Positions 10,725 to 21,593 of a DNA stretch of 64,000 nucleotides are shown here, in pieces; position 1 is the stretch's first letter; the number at the start of each line of letters is the position of its first letter. The notes under the pieces are model-generated. The model saw only the letters and a list, made by a program, of their open reading frames with translations. It did no database searches and was not told where the DNA came from. The translations under genes were made by a program, and so were the position numbers. Source of the DNA: Aulosira sp. ZfuVER01 (GTDB lineage: Bacteria > Cyanobacteriota > Cyanobacteriia > Cyanobacteriales > Nostocaceae); assembly GCA_034530615.2 (NCBI GenBank), contig JAVRCV020000063.1, forward strand, positions 8,976 through 72,975, read 5' to 3'.

Positions 10725-10958
10725 TTACCAACATCCGCAACGATACCAAAGATATTGGAATTCATTTTTTAAATCCGGAAAACAATTCAGAACATAACAA
10801 ATATTTTCCTTGTAATCATCTACTTGGTCAGAGTTGTTATCTATAATCTCCTTAATACTAAACAAAATTTGTCTTAGAGCATTGATATCATTGGTTTGCA
10901 ATGCATTGGCAATTTGGAAATTAATATCCAAATCTTCATCAAAATCAAATTGTCTCAT
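10725..10958 (-). CDS. Small acidic hypothetical protein
   Basis: 77-aa AT-rich ORF with ATG start; no family recognised. Confidence 0.4.
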   Translation of the reverse strand: MRQFDFDEDLDINFQIANALQTNDINALRQILFSIKEIIDNNSDQVDDYKENICYVLNCFPDLKNEFQYLWYRCGCW

Positions 10959-11172
10959 CGTTTATTTTTCTGTGAGTAATATTACCTGTGCTGGAAAAAG
11001 ATCAAAGCTATTCAGGCGCAATAATCATATTTCTAGTAACATTAATCACAAAGTATTTGCAGTATCAGGAAGCTTGAGACTTACTTTGCAAAGATAGCTT
11101 AATTCTTTATAAGAGCTTCATAAAGTACTACATGAGGCTACGTATTTACTTGGACTTAAATTTTGATAGTCA

Positions 11173-12339
11173 CTAATTCAACTTGCTGTCACAAGTTTGT
11201 AGAAACGCTAGCTGAGTAATGATTTCATCTTCATTACCAGAGACAAATTTCGCAAAACGCTGTGCTAAAGGTGGTACGAGAACTAAGGGATTACTGAAAC
11301 CAGAAAAAATATGAATATTGGCAAATTCTGGAATAGCACCAATCAAGGGAAGGCGATTAGGGCTAAAAGCAACTAAGCAATGATGCCAAGTTCCTGGTAA
11401 ATTTGCTAAGGCTGGTAAAATTTTTCCAATACTTTCCCTCAGCCACCTTTCACTTTCTTGGGAATTTACTTCAGCATGAGGATCTGTGAGTGTACGGCTA
11501 ATTTGACCTAAGCGCAAACTCCCATATTGAAACTGAATTGCACCTGCATCTAAAATTGGCGGTACTGGCTGATTACCTGGTTCATCCCATAATTCATCAA
11601 CTTGGGTAGATTGTGCTTCTAGTTGAAATCGTTGCAGATTTGCTGGCATTACTAAAGTATTTAACCGCACATCCACAGGTGGGATTTTAATGATTTCTGC
11701 ATGGGTGAAATAGAGTTTGATGGGAATCCCAGCTGATTTTAATAGTTGTCGGCTGAGTCCACCTGCACAAATAACTACATTAGCGCTAGAGAATGTTGCA
11801 GTAGCTGTTGTTACACTATCAGGTTTAATATGTAGGACTTGCGCAATTTGCATTTCACCACCAACACGTAGAAAAGCTTGAATGTAAGCTTGTGTTGTTT
11901 TTTCTGGGTGGATATGACCGTGTTTTACAGTTAAAGCACCGGAAATTGCATCTGGATTTAGCAATGGTTCTAATTCACAAGCTTCTTTGACTGTGAGTAA
12001 ACGGGGAGGAATGGGAAAATTAGCATAAGACGCAGCAGTGATTTCTGGATCGCTAGTACCGGGAATAGTAAGTAATAAATCTAATTCGCGGAATTGAATA
12101 TCAGCGTCTAACTCTTGCGAGAGGATTTGGTAACGTGCGATCGCATCTTCGCACAATTGGCGAGTTAGGGGTGTAGTACCTGACCAATAAGCTAACCCAC
12201 CATAACTATAGCGAGTTGCGTTGTGTGGTGTTGCGTCTTGCTCTAACAACAGCACCGCAAAGCCTGTTTTTGCTAACTCGTAGGCAAGTGTAGCACCTGT
12301 GATGCCACCACCAACAACAATCCAGTCGTAAGTCTTCAT
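11173..12339 (-). CDS. FAD-dependent oxidoreductase (DAO/glycine oxidase family)
   Basis: N-terminal Rossmann VVGGGITG, VVICAG and LPLIG motifs. Confidence 0.85.
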   Translation of the reverse strand: MKTYDWIVVGGGITGATLAYELAKTGFAVLLLEQDATPHNATRYSYGGLAYWSGTTPLTRQLCEDAIARYQILSQELDADIQFRELDLLLTIPGTSDPEITAASYANFPIPPRLLTVKEACELEPLLNPDAISGALTVKHGHIHPEKTTQAYIQAFLRVGGEMQIAQVLHIKPDSVTTATATFSSANVVICAGGLSRQLLKSAGIPIKLYFTHAEIIKIPPVDVRLNTLVMPANLQRFQLEAQSTQVDELWDEPGNQPVPPILDAGAIQFQYGSLRLGQISRTLTDPHAEVNSQESERWLRESIGKILPALANLPGTWHHCLVAFSPNRLPLIGAIPEFANIHIFSGFSNPLVLVPPLAQRFAKFVSGNEDEIITQLAFLQTCDSKLN

Positions 12340-13229
12340 TAATATGTTGCTTGTAAACGGCTCAATAGATATTCTCCCGCAAGGATGGGTGGATAAATTG
12401 GGGAATGATTATTTTGGCAACTCTCAAGACAAGCAATTTCAATATCATCATTAGGATGGCAGAAAAAAGCAACAGAATAGCGAGACTGTTTCACCCTATT
12501 GTCGTTGGGAATTATCACCCGATGCTTAGTTGAGCAAAATACATGATTTGTCCATCGCTGCATTAAATCGCCAGTATTCACGACTACAGTACCAGGAATC
12601 GACGGCGCTGCAATCCATTCCCCAGATGTAGTTTGCACTTCCAACCCGCCAATGTCATCTTGGAACAATAAAGTAATACTGCCATAATCAGAATGCTCGC
12701 CAGCACGTATCTGTCCGGGTTTAGGGGTTGTGGGTAACGGTGGATAGTGGAGCGATCGCAGAGTATGATTTTGTTGATTGTGTCTGGAGGTAAAAAAATC
12801 TTCTGGTAATTCCAACGCTAAAGCAAAAGCCTCTAGCACAGTGTTAGCTAGTTTTGTACAAGCCTCATAAAATGCGAGTGAATTAAACTCAGGTAGATTT
12901 TTACTGTTATCACCTTGTTTACCTATATTCAACGCCTCTTTCAAGTCTCCTGGTTTGTTAGGGTCAAGACGTTCTCTTTCTATGCCAACATAACCAGTAT
13001 TGCTCAATTCATCACTCCAAGCTAGCTGTTGCTTCACAGCTAAAGGTAAATTAAAAAAAGATTGACTTTGTGCAAATATTTGCTCGATCAACTCTTGTGA
13101 TATTCCATGATTTTGCAAGTACATAAAGCCAATTTCATGGCAAGCCTGATAAATTTCTTGAACTACAGTTTGCTTTGTTGTATTATCCTGGCTGAAGGCA
13201 GCTAAATCAATTATGGGGATTTCAATCAT
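12339..13229 (-). CDS. 2-oxoglutarate/Fe(II) dioxygenase (IPNS family)
   Basis: IPIIDL, HSDYGSITLLFQD (HxD), STKHRV and RYS motifs; overlaps the next gene's start (TAATG). Confidence 0.9.
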   Translation of the reverse strand: MIEIPIIDLAAFSQDNTTKQTVVQEIYQACHEIGFMYLQNHGISQELIEQIFAQSQSFFNLPLAVKQQLAWSDELSNTGYVGIERERLDPNKPGDLKEALNIGKQGDNSKNLPEFNSLAFYEACTKLANTVLEAFALALELPEDFFTSRHNQQNHTLRSLHYPPLPTTPKPGQIRAGEHSDYGSITLLFQDDIGGLEVQTTSGEWIAAPSIPGTVVVNTGDLMQRWTNHVFCSTKHRVIIPNDNRVKQSRYSVAFFCHPNDDIEIACLESCQNNHSPIYPPILAGEYLLSRLQATY

Positions 13230-13282
13230 TTTAAGTTTTGGAATTATAAAAATCCGGTTTGAATAAAATTGAGTCTAACATC

Positions 13283-13789
13283 ATGAATATTCGCAGCGAA
13301 ACTATCCAAGACTATCCAGCAATAGCTGAGGTAAATATACTAGCTTTTGGACAAGAGAACGAGGCTAAATTAATTGCAGAAATTCGTGATTCTGACCGCT
13401 ATATTCCAGAACTTTCTTTAGTTGCAGAAGTTGAAGGTTTAGTAGTTGGTCATATTCTCTTCAGCTACATTGACCTGGTAGGTGAAGAAACATTTCAGGT
13501 ACTTGGTTTAGCACCGATGGCCGTGCTACCAAATTTTCAAAGAAAAGGAATTGGTAGCGCACTAGTACAAGCAGGTTTAGAAATAGCAAATAAGCGAAAA
13601 GAAGCAATAGTCATTGTCCTCGGTCATCCCCCATTCTATACACGCTTTGGATTTGAGCCATCAGTTAATTATGCGATCGCCTCTCCCTTTCCAGTTCCAG
13701 AAGAGTTTTTCATGGTTAAGCCACTCCAAAGTTATCAGGAAACCTACAAGGGAAAGATTGTTTATCCACCCGCTTTTGAAAAGGTGTAA
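13283..13789 (+). CDS. GNAT acetyltransferase (YhbS-like)
   Basis: LAPMAVLPNFQRKGIG and VLGHPPFYTRFGF. Confidence 0.88.
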   Translation: MNIRSETIQDYPAIAEVNILAFGQENEAKLIAEIRDSDRYIPELSLVAEVEGLVVGHILFSYIDLVGEETFQVLGLAPMAVLPNFQRKGIGSALVQAGLEIANKRKEAIVIVLGHPPFYTRFGFEPSVNYAIASPFPVPEEFFMVKPLQSYQETYKGKIVYPPAFEKV

Positions 13790-13916
13790 GGCCAATTTGA
13801 AGCAAGAATGCGACAATCTCTTCTCTCTGTGTCTCTGTGGTTTAATCAGACAAAGAGAGCATAATTGTAATTTTTTGGTAAGAATGCTTGTATCTAGTGT
13901 TGTTATTTAGATACTC

Positions 13917-14921
13917 TTGGCAAAAATCACAAATAATATAGTTATGGCTATCCTAAAAGCTTTGTCTGTAACTTCGGCTAGCGTAGTATTGATAATTTGC
14001 AGCCTTGGGGAAACAGTTACCGCTGAAACCTCTACACCTCAGCCTCTGTTTAAAGATGTCGATAGCTACACTACAAAAATCTCTGAAAATAATGACATAG
14101 CTGATATTTACTTTCCTAAAATATCAAGTAAAAAAACTGGTAGCCCTTCATTTCCTATTGCTTTGTTATTACAAGGCGCAAATGTAGATAAATCCAATTA
14201 TTCAAATTTCGCCAGTATAGTAGCTAGCTACGGATTTGTTGTAGTTGTTCCCAATCACAAAGCAAAACGTCCAACGGTTGGTACAGGACTTTTCGCTGAC
14301 ACTTCACAAATCCAAGCTGTGTTAGCGCAAATGAGGCTAGAAAATCAAAATCCTAAGTCACCTGTTACTAACATTATTAATACAGAAAAACTAGGCTTAC
14401 TTGGTCACTCTCTAGGGGGTGCTGTTGGACTATCTGCTATTGCAAACTTATGCTTACCTTTTTTATGTCAAGGTTCTTTTAGCCGTCCCAAACAACTCTT
14501 AGCAGGAGCTTTTTTTGGCGCAAGTCTTCGTAATGTGACTACTCAACAGTACGTTCCTATTCATAATTCTTATATTAAAGTAGCCCTATTACAAGGAAGC
14601 GTTGACAGTATAGGTCTTCCACAAAGAGCGCAGGCAACTTACGAACAAATTCAAGACCCTCCTAAGACATTAATTACTATTTTAGGTGCAAATCACTATG
14701 GCATCACAAATACTAACAATCCTACTGGTGCAAGAGCAGATAGAAATTTCCCATTACTCAAGCAAAATACATCAATAGAAACCATTGCTCGTTGGAGTGG
14801 ATTGTTTTTGCGTGCTAATATTTTGAATGACCAAGTTGCTGGAAATTACATATATTCTACAGGTGATACTTTAGATGAAAATGTGACAGTTATCAACCAA
14901 AATAATAAATATAAGAAATAA
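13917..14921 (+). CDS. Secreted alpha/beta hydrolase (chlorophyllase-like)
   Basis: Signal-like N-terminus, ASYGFVVVVP, GHSLGG nucleophile motif, GANH. Confidence 0.75.
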   Translation: MAKITNNIVMAILKALSVTSASVVLIICSLGETVTAETSTPQPLFKDVDSYTTKISENNDIADIYFPKISSKKTGSPSFPIALLLQGANVDKSNYSNFASIVASYGFVVVVPNHKAKRPTVGTGLFADTSQIQAVLAQMRLENQNPKSPVTNIINTEKLGLLGHSLGGAVGLSAIANLCLPFLCQGSFSRPKQLLAGAFFGASLRNVTTQQYVPIHNSYIKVALLQGSVDSIGLPQRAQATYEQIQDPPKTLITILGANHYGITNTNNPTGARADRNFPLLKQNTSIETIARWSGLFLRANILNDQVAGNYIYSTGDTLDENVTVINQNNKYKK

Positions 14922-14965
14922 TTTTTGTTTTGGTTAGCTTGCGTTTCTAAAACTTTGATTTTTCT

Positions 14966-15802
14966 CTAGATAAATGAGTAGTCGTGCCAGTCACAAATAG
15001 GATGGTAGCCAATCTTTTTGTAGATGTAATTAGAGGTTGGATTTTCCAGATCCGTAAACAGAAAACAGCGATCGCATCCTTGATTTAAAAGTTTTTGGCT
15101 CAAAGCTGCAACACAGGCAGTAGCATAGCCTTTGCCACGATACTCTGGTGGTGTGTAGACTGGGCCAATCCGCGCCGCCGCAGGTAAAGATTGACTACCG
15201 CTAGCCCATGAAACTGGGATGCCATCATCCCATAGATAAATACTCTGCCGCGTCAGTCCGGTATTAACTGCTTGTTCTGCATCTTGAGAAACCACCTCAC
15301 CAACTTCAGCAGCAAACCTTGTAAACCACTCTAATAGCAAAGGGCGATCGCTTTGGGTAGCAAGTCTGAGATAACCATTGACAGTTGCCACAGGTTCTAC
15401 CTGAGTCAACTGGTGGATTCTCATCTCCATCACCCGTCGATAGGACTGTCCTGTCAATGTTTGCCATGTCTGCAAAAACGTTTCTACCTCTGCAACCAGT
15501 CCACTTACACCAGGGTGTTGCTGTGGATCGTCTTGCAAATCCTCAGCAATTAGCCTGACAGCATTTAAATCCTGTGCTTTGGAAAGTATCAGCTTGTATG
15601 GAGGAGTACAGATAGCGACAGCCAGAATCTGGCCTTTTGTTTCCGCGATCGCCAAGTACGGAGGCTCGGGATAACGTTCTGGGTAATGCAATAAATTGTG
15701 TGAGATCCCAAGCAACAAATTATGCTCTGCTTCATACTGGAGTAAGTAATCCTGAGCTTGATGCCAGAATTCCTTGATGTTCTGGAATCGGCGTAATTGC
15801 AT
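14966..15802 (-). CDS. GNAT family acetyltransferase (two-domain)
   Basis: IGPVYTPPEYRGKGYA and FTDLENPTSNYIYKKIGY. Confidence 0.88.
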   Translation of the reverse strand: MQLRRFQNIKEFWHQAQDYLLQYEAEHNLLLGISHNLLHYPERYPEPPYLAIAETKGQILAVAICTPPYKLILSKAQDLNAVRLIAEDLQDDPQQHPGVSGLVAEVETFLQTWQTLTGQSYRRVMEMRIHQLTQVEPVATVNGYLRLATQSDRPLLLEWFTRFAAEVGEVVSQDAEQAVNTGLTRQSIYLWDDGIPVSWASGSQSLPAAARIGPVYTPPEYRGKGYATACVAALSQKLLNQGCDRCFLFTDLENPTSNYIYKKIGYHPICDWHDYSFI

Positions 15803-16152
15803 GATTTACCTCCTGAGTGCGGCTAGATCAGCTCCTTTAGGAAATTCAAAATTACAACCCCATAAATTTATTGTTTGGGATTGTATCCTTTTTCTTCTCC
15901 AGTCAATCCAAAATTGTTTGACGATATGGAACACGGCATTACTGAAAATTTATAACCAATTACCAATTAACACAAATGCCGACCAGTATGTGCTGCTCAG
16001 ATTTGATGCGCAGTTTGAATTTTACAAGAGGTGCGATCGCCAATTTCATCAGGTGAGTTTTAGGAAAATGGGATCGCATTCTCCCAAAAAGTTCTCGATG
16101 AGTCGCGTTAAGCTAATAGTAACTGAGATGATAAATGTAGGTGGGGTGGGTT

Positions 16153-17217
16153 ATGAGCGATCGCACCGTGACTGTGAATAGTATCACTCAAGAGTTACAG
16201 CAAGTCACCGCCGACTTACACCGAGTTAATCCTAGAGCCGGATTACTACGTTTTAGTATACTGGGCTTGATATTTGTGGGGTTAGTCATATTAGCTTGGT
16301 CAGTGCCAAACGGTATTTTATTTGTAGCGGCAACAATGCTGGCGGGAATTTTTTATGGTTTTTGGCTGATTTGTACCCATGATATGACACATCAAACCTT
16401 AACAGGTTGGAAGTGGTTTGATACGATCGTGCCGCGATTGATCAGTTGGCCAATGCTGTGGCCTTACAGTATCTATGCAGAGATACACCGCTTGCATCAT
16501 GGCTGGAATGGCATTGACTTGCGAGATCCAGAAAGACTCCAATGGACTTGGCAAGAATACCAGCAAGCACACCCGATACTGCGTTGGTATGTCAGTCATC
16601 AGTGGCTGTGCGATATTTTTATTTTGGGGGGAATAGGGCTAATTATTAAAACCTTTATTAAAGGTGTACGCTTCCGAAACCTAGCTAGTATGCGGCGACA
16701 GCTAATGCTGGATATTACAGGTATAGTGTTTGTTCAGAGTGTTCTATTAATGTTAGCAATCTTTCATGGAGAATTAGGGCGCTACATTTTATTTTGGTTA
16801 ATTTTAGAACGGATAGTTGGGATCGTAGCGCAGACACGCGATCACTTAGAACACTATGCACTGTGGGGAAAATTTACCACTCACCAATTAACGCAGCTTT
16901 ATGCTTGTCGTAATATTGAGACTAGTTCTTTAGTTGGCTGGTTGATGGGTGGACTAAATTATCATGCAGTGCATCACGCCTATCCTGATATTCCCTTCAA
17001 CCATCTACCACAAGCATTTGAGCGAATTCAAAAGGTGTTAGAAAAGCATAATTTGCCACTCATGAACCAGGAACCTGGTTATCTCAAATCTGCATACTGG
17101 TTAAGTCGTCGTCCATCATTAATTAGTGAAGTTGACTGTTCTCATCCAACAAATCGCCATCAGATGATTCCACTAAACGACCTCTCTGTTTCTGGCAACA
17201 GAAGCCTGGGGGCATGA
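16153..17217 (+). CDS. Membrane fatty acid desaturase family protein
   Basis: Three His boxes HDMTH, HRLHH and HAVHH plus TM segments. Confidence 0.85.
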   Translation: MSDRTVTVNSITQELQQVTADLHRVNPRAGLLRFSILGLIFVGLVILAWSVPNGILFVAATMLAGIFYGFWLICTHDMTHQTLTGWKWFDTIVPRLISWPMLWPYSIYAEIHRLHHGWNGIDLRDPERLQWTWQEYQQAHPILRWYVSHQWLCDIFILGGIGLIIKTFIKGVRFRNLASMRRQLMLDITGIVFVQSVLLMLAIFHGELGRYILFWLILERIVGIVAQTRDHLEHYALWGKFTTHQLTQLYACRNIETSSLVGWLMGGLNYHAVHHAYPDIPFNHLPQAFERIQKVLEKHNLPLMNQEPGYLKSAYWLSRRPSLISEVDCSHPTNRHQMIPLNDLSVSGNRSLGA

Positions 17218-18185
17218 GTATGCGCTTTTCATACTGTGGCGCAATATTCCTCTTGCGGCAGGTAAATAATCTCAACAGTTCGCACCAAAGTAAACTGATA
17301 TGCAATGGACTATACCTTGCCTTGCTGCGATCGCTCATGGATTACAAGCAACAAAAATTTTTTCAGCGTTGGCATTGATATTTCCTTCCTATCTAATGAT
17401 ATTTGTCTACGTATTCTTCACTTTGGATCTCATCCTCAATGGTCGATCAAACATCTGCCAACAGTCTTGTTTTTCTCAGAAAAAATTGGAGAACAGTTTC
17501 TTCACGAGAAATGATATCTGCTCTACCCTCCATTCCTAATTTGATCGTACATTGGTTTTTGCCTTGACCGAAGACTAAACTTTCTGGTGCGATCGCCTAA
17601 TATCTTCTGTACCGGATCGTTGCTGTAATCTAATTTGAGACGAAAATCGGCAGATAATGCGCCGCCAACTACATAAGTAGGACGAATAGCCGTAACTGTC
17701 ACTAAGATCAAAGTTGACAATAACAGTTCGCGATCTGTTTTCGCTATTTGCCAGGGTAATACCTAATTTTTGTCCTCGATGAGACCAATTAGCGTTATCA
17801 ACATTCTTTTCCAATAGGACACCTACTATTTTTTAGTTTTATCTTAAACTTTTAAATTTTAGCAAATTGGTATTTATAAAAGATCTATATATCGGTTAGT
17901 TTAAACATGATTATTTGATGTGATTAGGGGTATTTGCATTAAATTTTTCTGGGATTTATTATTTTATTTTTAATATTTTTCATATAATAATTATCCCCTA
18001 ATCCGATATAAATATGATTTATTAAAACAGAAGTTTTGACAGTTCAATAATAAACTATATAGCCAACGAGTATGCTGATTTTTCAGCTTCCAATTTGTCC
18101 AATGTCTGCGATTCTCAATCAGCATTGGCAGCACTGAAGTTACCAGTAATTTCAAGCTACTCTCGCCGCAATATGACCAGTACAA

Positions 18186-18494
18186 TTGACCGACATCAGG
18201 GTTTTGTTGCATACTATCAGTTCGCAAGACAACTACTCAGGATGTACAGATGTGAAACTTTACCTAGCTAACGTATCTTCAAATCTACCTGACTGGGCAA
18301 CTGTTACCTCAAAAAATTCAGATTTAATTGAAGTGGCAATCAAAGATCATCACCCTGAGTTTCAGTTATTACTTGCTAATTTAGCAACTGAGATTCAGCC
18401 AGGAGTCATAGGAGTGAAAGCAGCTGATTTATGTTCAGCTTTAGTATCACAGATGACACTCCCCAAGTTGAGCGCTCTTGCAGAGATAGCTTGA
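18186..18494 (+). CDS. Hypothetical protein (start uncertain)
   Basis: ORF with plausible protein composition; no family recognised. Confidence 0.35.
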   Translation: MTDIRVLLHTISSQDNYSGCTDVKLYLANVSSNLPDWATVTSKNSDLIEVAIKDHHPEFQLLLANLATEIQPGVIGVKAADLCSALVSQMTLPKLSALAEIA

Positions 18495-18546
18495 TTAATT
18501 TCTGTTATTTTACGCAAAACCATCAACGTTGTTTGAGAGTCGGTTG

Positions 18547-19083
18547 CTACACCTCAATACCTCGTACAAGTGCATCAATTGTTGCTCTAAGCGACTGCAC
18601 GGTGTCGGGATCTATTAGTTCACCTTTACCATTCAGTTTCTTACTGACAAAGGGGACAGTCAGTGATGCTCCCTCGATAATGTTGGCAGCTAAGGCAGTC
18701 AGTGTCAGCACCAAAGAAGCATGGGCTTTGTCAGCACCAAATTCTGATGGAGATGCACTAATCGTAGCAACAGGCTTCCCCACCAACTCGCCCGACGAAA
18801 CAATCCAGTCTAGTGCGTTCTTCAGCACACCAGGCATTCCATAAGCATACTCTGGTGTGCAGATGAGTACACCATCAGATGTTTGAAACTGCTCACGCAG
18901 ATTTCTTACAGATATTGGCGGAGTATCACCATCGAGTTCGGGATTAAAGTGCGGTAAGTCTGCTAATCCTTCATAGATTGTCAGATCAATGCCTTCAGCT
19001 ACAAGTGTTGCAGCAGCCTTTAGCAGCGAAGTATTGGCAGAACCTGGTCTGAGACTTCCGGAGATAGCTAGAATTTTCATCAC
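18547..19083 (-). CDS. NADPH-dependent FMN reductase
   Basis: ISGSLRPGSAN and TPEYAYGMPGVLKNALDW. Confidence 0.92.
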   Translation of the reverse strand: MMKILAISGSLRPGSANTSLLKAAATLVAEGIDLTIYEGLADLPHFNPELDGDTPPISVRNLREQFQTSDGVLICTPEYAYGMPGVLKNALDWIVSSGELVGKPVATISASPSEFGADKAHASLVLTLTALAANIIEGASLTVPFVSKKLNGKGELIDPDTVQSLRATIDALVRGIEV

Positions 19084-19246
19084 ATATCTAACCTGGTTTC
19101 TTCAACTTTTCACGGTAAGCCTGCACAATAGCAAAATACTCGTGGATTTTATCTTTTAATCTAGATTACATCAGTTTTCACTTTGGGAAAATTCTCAAGT
19201 ACTATGTAAGGCTGCATAGTTACTGCAAGATTTTTGTAAGCAATTG

Positions 19247-19291
19247 AGGTGTTGTACTAAGCGTTAGCCAGAACCTGAGAATACTACACCT
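19247..19291. other. Putative site-specific recombination (att) site at the nifE breakpoint
   Basis: AGGTGTTGTACT (19247-19258) and AATACTACACCT (19280-19291) form a 10/12 inverted repeat centred at 19269, where NifE homology starts. Confidence 0.55.
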
Positions 19292-20137
19292 TATGATATT
19301 AACTTAATCGGTGAGTACAACATCGCCGGCGAAATGTGGGGAGTGACACCGCTATTGGAAAAATTGGGCATCCGCGTCTTATCGAAAATTACAGGTGATG
19401 CTCGCTATCAAGAAATTACTTACGCTCACCGTGCCAAGTTGAATGTGATGATCTGCTCGCGCGCATTGCTCAATATGGCGAGAAAAATGGAGGAGCGTTA
19501 TGGCATTCCTTACATTGAAGAGTCTTTTTACGGCATCGATGACATGAACCGCTGTCTGCGGAACATTGCTGCTAAGTTAGGAGATCCCGATCTGCAAGAG
19601 CGTACAGAAAAGCTAATTGCCGAAGAAACTGCTGCTTTAGATTTAGCTCTAGCTCCCTATCGTGCCCGCCTCAAAGGCAAGCGCGTTGTCTTGTATACTG
19701 GCGGTGTCAAGAGTTGGTCAATTATCTCCGCAGCTAAAGACTTAGGCATAGAAGTTGTCGCCACCAGCACCAGAAAAAGTACAGAAGAAGACAAAGCCAA
19801 GATTAAGAAGTTAATCGGTAACGATGGCATCATGCTCGAAAAAGGCAATGCCAAAGAACTACTGCAACTGGTTAAAGATACCAACGCCGATATGTTAATT
19901 GCTGGGGGTCGTAACCAATATACAGCCCTTAAAGCCAGAATTCCTTTCCTCGACATTAACCAAGAACGCCACCATCCCTACGCAGGTTATGTAGGCATGG
20001 TAGAAATGGCACGAGAACTGTATGAAGCTCTCTATAGCCCAATTTGGGAACAAATCCGCAAGCCTGCGCCTTGGGATGAGGAAACGGGGATGTTCAACGC
20101 CTTTGATGAAACCGGCTTAGTAGAAGAGGTTAGCTAA
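19271..20137 (+). CDS. nifE: Nitrogenase FeMo-cofactor scaffold NifE, 3' portion only (interrupted gene)
   Basis: Frame reads [23 protein letters not shown] from 19271 with an in-frame TAG at 19265; YTGGVKSWS and [13 protein letters not shown] motifs; the N-terminal third or more is absent from the window. Confidence 0.93.
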   Translation, partial: EPENTTPYDINLIGEYNIAGEMWGVTPLLEKLGIRVLSKITGDARYQEITYAHRAKLNVMICSRALLNMARKMEERYGIPYIEESFYGIDDMNRCLRNIAAKLGDPDLQERTEKLIAEETAALDLALAPYRARLKGKRVVLYTGGVKSWSIISAAKDLGIEVVATSTRKSTEEDKAKIKKLIGNDGIMLEKGNAKELLQLVKDTNADMLIAGGRNQYTALKARIPFLDINQERHHPYAGYVGMVEMARELYEALYSPIWEQIRKPAPWDEETGMFNAFDETGLVEEVS

Positions 20138-21456
20138 TGGCGATCGTTACTGCTCCCAACAAACCACTGACAGTTAATCCCCTCAAGCAAAGCCAAGCTT
20201 TGGGTGCATCTTTAGCCTTTTTGGGATTGAAGGGAATGATTCCCTTGTTTCACGGTTCACAAGGTTGTACTGCTTTTGCCAAAGTCGTCTTAGTACGGCA
20301 TTTCCGGGAAGCAATTCCCCTAGCAACTACAGCCATGACGGAAGTCACTACCATTTTGGGTGGTGAAGAAAATGTGGAACAAGCAATTCTCACTTTGGTA
20401 GAGAAGTCCCAGCCAGAAATTATTGGTATATGTAGCACCGGGTTAACCGAAACTAGAGGTGATGATATAGAACGGTTTCTTAAGGAAATTCGCAAACGTC
20501 ACCCAGAATTGGATCGCCTACCGATTGTCTTTGCACCGACACCAGATTTTAAAGGTGCTTTGCAAGATGGCTTTGCGGTGGCTGTAGAAAGCATCGTTAA
20601 AGAAGTTCCCCGACTTTGTGCAACCAGAATTGAACAAGTGACCATCTTAGCTGGTTCATCTTTTACACCGGGGGATATACAAGAAATCAAGGAGATGGTA
20701 ACTAGCTTTGGACTAGTTCCCATTGTTGTACCCGATTTGAGTGCTTCCTTAGATGGACACCTAGAAGATTCCTATAGTGCGATTACAGCCAGTGGGACAA
20801 CTGTGGCTCAACTGCGGGAAGTTGGCGGTTCTGCCTTCACGATCGCACTTGGTGAAAGTATGCGGGGTGCAGCGCGGATTCTGCAAGAACGGTTTGGCAT
20901 TCCCTACGAAGTTTTTGGACAACTCACAGGATTAGAACCTGTAGACGAGTTTCTCCACGCCTTGGCAATTCTTAGCGGTAACAGCGTCCCCGAAAAATAC
21001 CGCCGCCAGCGTCGCCAACTGCAAGACGCAATGTTAGACACTCACTTTTATTTTGGTGCCAAACGAGTATCCTTAGCCTTAGAACCTGATTTGTTGTGGT
21101 CAGCAGTCCATTTCTTGCAATCAATGGGAGCGCAAATTCATGCTGCGGTGACAACAACGCGATCGCCTTTACTCGAACAACTCCCCATCAAAAGTGTAAC
21201 TATCGGTGATTTAGAAGACTTTGAAGAACTAGCAGCCGACTCAGACTTGCTAATTGGCAATTCTAACGTAAGTGCGATCGCAAAACGCCTTTCCATTCCT
21301 CTCTATCGTTTGGGACTGCCCATTTACGATCGCTTAGGTAATGGTCAATTTACCAAAGTTGGCTACCGAGGCACAATGGAGCTTTTATTTGGCATGGGCA
21401 ACCTCTTCTTAGAAGCAGAAGAAGAGAGAGTTAAACACTTTCACGGAGATTGGTAA
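20137..21456 (+). CDS. nifN: Nitrogenase FeMo-cofactor scaffold NifN
   Basis: NPLKQSQ, HGSQGCT, DAMLDTHF and PIYDRLG motifs; coupled to nifE by TAATG. Confidence 0.97.
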   Translation: MAIVTAPNKPLTVNPLKQSQALGASLAFLGLKGMIPLFHGSQGCTAFAKVVLVRHFREAIPLATTAMTEVTTILGGEENVEQAILTLVEKSQPEIIGICSTGLTETRGDDIERFLKEIRKRHPELDRLPIVFAPTPDFKGALQDGFAVAVESIVKEVPRLCATRIEQVTILAGSSFTPGDIQEIKEMVTSFGLVPIVVPDLSASLDGHLEDSYSAITASGTTVAQLREVGGSAFTIALGESMRGAARILQERFGIPYEVFGQLTGLEPVDEFLHALAILSGNSVPEKYRRQRRQLQDAMLDTHFYFGAKRVSLALEPDLLWSAVHFLQSMGAQIHAAVTTTRSPLLEQLPIKSVTIGDLEDFEELAADSDLLIGNSNVSAIAKRLSIPLYRLGLPIYDRLGNGQFTKVGYRGTMELLFGMGNLFLEAEEERVKHFHGDW

Positions 21457-21464
21457 TCGGTATT

Positions 21465-21590
21465 GTCATTTGTCAATCGTCATTAGTCATTGGTTGTTGT
21501 GCATGAATTTTTTAGCGATTGCTAATTACTAAACACAAATGACAAAGGACAAAAGACAAATGACCAAAAACAAATGACAAAGGACAAATA
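21465..21590. repeat. STRR-type heptamer repeats in inverted arrangement
   Basis: TGTCATT/AGTCATT units followed by AAATGAC/AAAGGAC units. Confidence 0.7.
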
Positions 21591-21593
21591 AAA

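Noticed and set aside
17214..17814. Overlapping short ORFs after the desaturase, possibly pseudogene fragments
   Set aside because: No recognisable motif or consistent frame, so no call can be supported.
1..19246. An xis-type recombinase for the nifE element
   Set aside because: No ORF shows tyrosine-recombinase (R-H-R-Y) or serine-recombinase motifs; if one exists it lies outside the window.
19334..20137. A complete short nifE starting at ATG 19334
   Set aside because: Homology extends upstream of this Met to 19271 and the N-terminal Fe-S ligand region is missing.
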